Shown piece after piece: positions 60,701 through 62,092 of a stretch of 62,092 bases of DNA (the first letter of the stretch is position 1; each line of letters starts with the position of its first letter). The stretch comes from Folioceros fuciformis. Taxonomy: Eukaryota. The DNA is taken from assembly GCA_049999805.1 (NCBI GenBank), contig JBNGIO010004818.1, positions 1 through 62,092 of the forward strand. The letters are read 5' to 3'. Position numbers and translations under genes: made by a program. The notes beneath the pieces were generated by a model that saw only the letters and a list, made by a program, of their open reading frames with translations, was not told the origin of the DNA and did no database searches.

Positions 60701-61984
60701 TGCCCTGGACCTGAGAAAGTGGTTGACATGCGTGTAGACACACGAATTCAGCAAAGGCCCCAAATATACGTACACCCAAGAGATATGGGTGCGATGCGAA
60801 GTGGGAGTAGCAGAGTCACTCCACTACACCCGTAGAAGAGCCACACAAGACACTGTGTCTTGTGTGGTGGACAGGCAAGGCCAAGTTACCCTCAAGCTGG
60901 GGCTTAGTCTCGAAGCTAGTGCAAGCAAAAAGGATGACTTCCCAGACGCAGGTGGCCCTAGCAGCAGAGCAATTCTGCGCAGGAATGAGAACAAGAGCGT
61001 GTCAAAGCGCGCGGGAGGTCACTTCTGCACGCAGTAGTCACGACTGCCAGGCTAGGCACCGTAGGAAGAAGATCCACCCACCGGCCAGGTTCCAAAATGC
61101 CGCTAACGTCTTTGAGGATGCGAAGCTTTCTCTTCTTGGAACGGGAAAGCCCCACCACTTGGAGCGCACCCTGCATCTTGCGCAATTCACAGTTAAGGAG
61201 ACGGTGGCCCAGAGACGGTGCGCAGGATCCATGTCCTGAGTAGAAGCGGGGCACACACCTCCAAAATAGTCCGCAACGTGTTGAGAAGCGTGGGCAGATT
61301 CCGATTCCCCACAAACACATCGCCCTCCACCGATAAGTGTTCATACCGCACTTCGACGGTAGGCAAACGGATCCCGACCCTGCTCCACCCAACCCCAACC
61401 CCACGCCACGCCAGGCCAGCAGAGTGAGTTCCCGACAGACGCCCGACGCTGCGAAAATGCAGATCCACAATTCCGGGTTCCAGACGTCACTTGTCGATCC
61501 GCGAGCGCAGCTTCTGGAGAAAAGCCTCATTGTCATCCTGCGCGACGGCGAGGAGCTTGTCGATGAGCCGTCTTCGGTCCTCGAATCCGAGCTTCGTCAC
61601 ATCCACCTGCTCGTAGAACGTCTTCCTCCCGCTCTTGGACGCGGTGGCGATGACAGAGGTCCGAATACGATCGTAGGTAGGCAGCCGCTGCAGAGCGGCC
61701 CACTTGAGCGCCTCCTCGTCGTCCCGCTCCGCATCCCTCCTCATCTCCGCCTCCCCGAACATGTTGTCCGCCCCCGCCCAGCTGCTGCCCCCGAAACTGG
61801 CGAGCGCTGTCAGGCTGCGCGACAGGCTGCGCTCCAGCGTCACCCGCCTGGACCCCTTGGACCTCGATCTGATCGACTTGCTGGCAGCGCGGCTGCGACT
61901 GTGGAGATTCGCAGACGCGAAGGGCCCCGAGAAGGGGAGGGGAGTCTCCTCGTCCCGCTCCTCGATCCCATCCAGATCCGCCAT
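54779..61984 (-). CDS. Full-size ABCG / pleiotropic drug resistance (PDR) transporter, multi-exon
   Basis: [89 protein letters not shown]-terminal INFQRR. Confidence 0.95.
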
Positions 61985-62003
61985 CGCTGCGGCTCCTCTC
62001 ACA

Positions 62004-62092
62004 CTCACTCCCACTCCCACGCCCACTCCCACTCCCACTCCCACTCCCAACCAATCCCCTTCCCTTCCCCTCCCCTCCCCTTCCCCTTCCCC
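62004..62092. repeat. (CCCACT)n and (TCCCC)n microsatellites in the PDR 5' region
   Basis: Direct reading of the sequence. Confidence 0.85.

Noticed and set aside
52452-61984. PQQ-like gene plus PDR transporter as a functional cluster
   Set aside because: Convergent adjacency alone is expected in a gene-dense genome; there is no other evidence.

Overview
Eukaryotic nuclear DNA from a compact-genome, seed-free land plant. A hornwort is the best guess (inference from ~80-230 bp introns, TTTAGGG telomere repeats, GAPB with its C-terminal extension, a PLS-PPR with long L motifs and a sperm protamine-like H1). About 1-16,400 is a nest of decayed retroelements: several internally deleted Ty1/copia elements, a split L1 LINE, and a complete 3.2-kb gag+protease-only LTR element with intact LTRs, PBS, PPT and TSD. 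About 17,400-62,000 is gene-dense: SDF2, a class III peroxidase, a SPIRRIG-like BEACH protein, mTERF9-like, an Arg/His-rich protamine-like H1, a PLS-E+ PPR, GAPB, a secreted PQQ-type beta-propeller dehydrogenase-like gene and a PDR/ABCG transporter. Most notable: (1) telomere-repeat patches sit exactly at rearrangement or deletion breakpoints inside retroelements, one as a perfect head-to-head fusion palindrome; (2) an H1-derived protamine-like gene has clustered DUO1-type MYB motifs upstream; (3) SDF2 may be membrane-anchored through an in-frame extension; (4) two LTRs end in non-canonical TA termini. All calls come from reading the sequence by eye; no searches were run.
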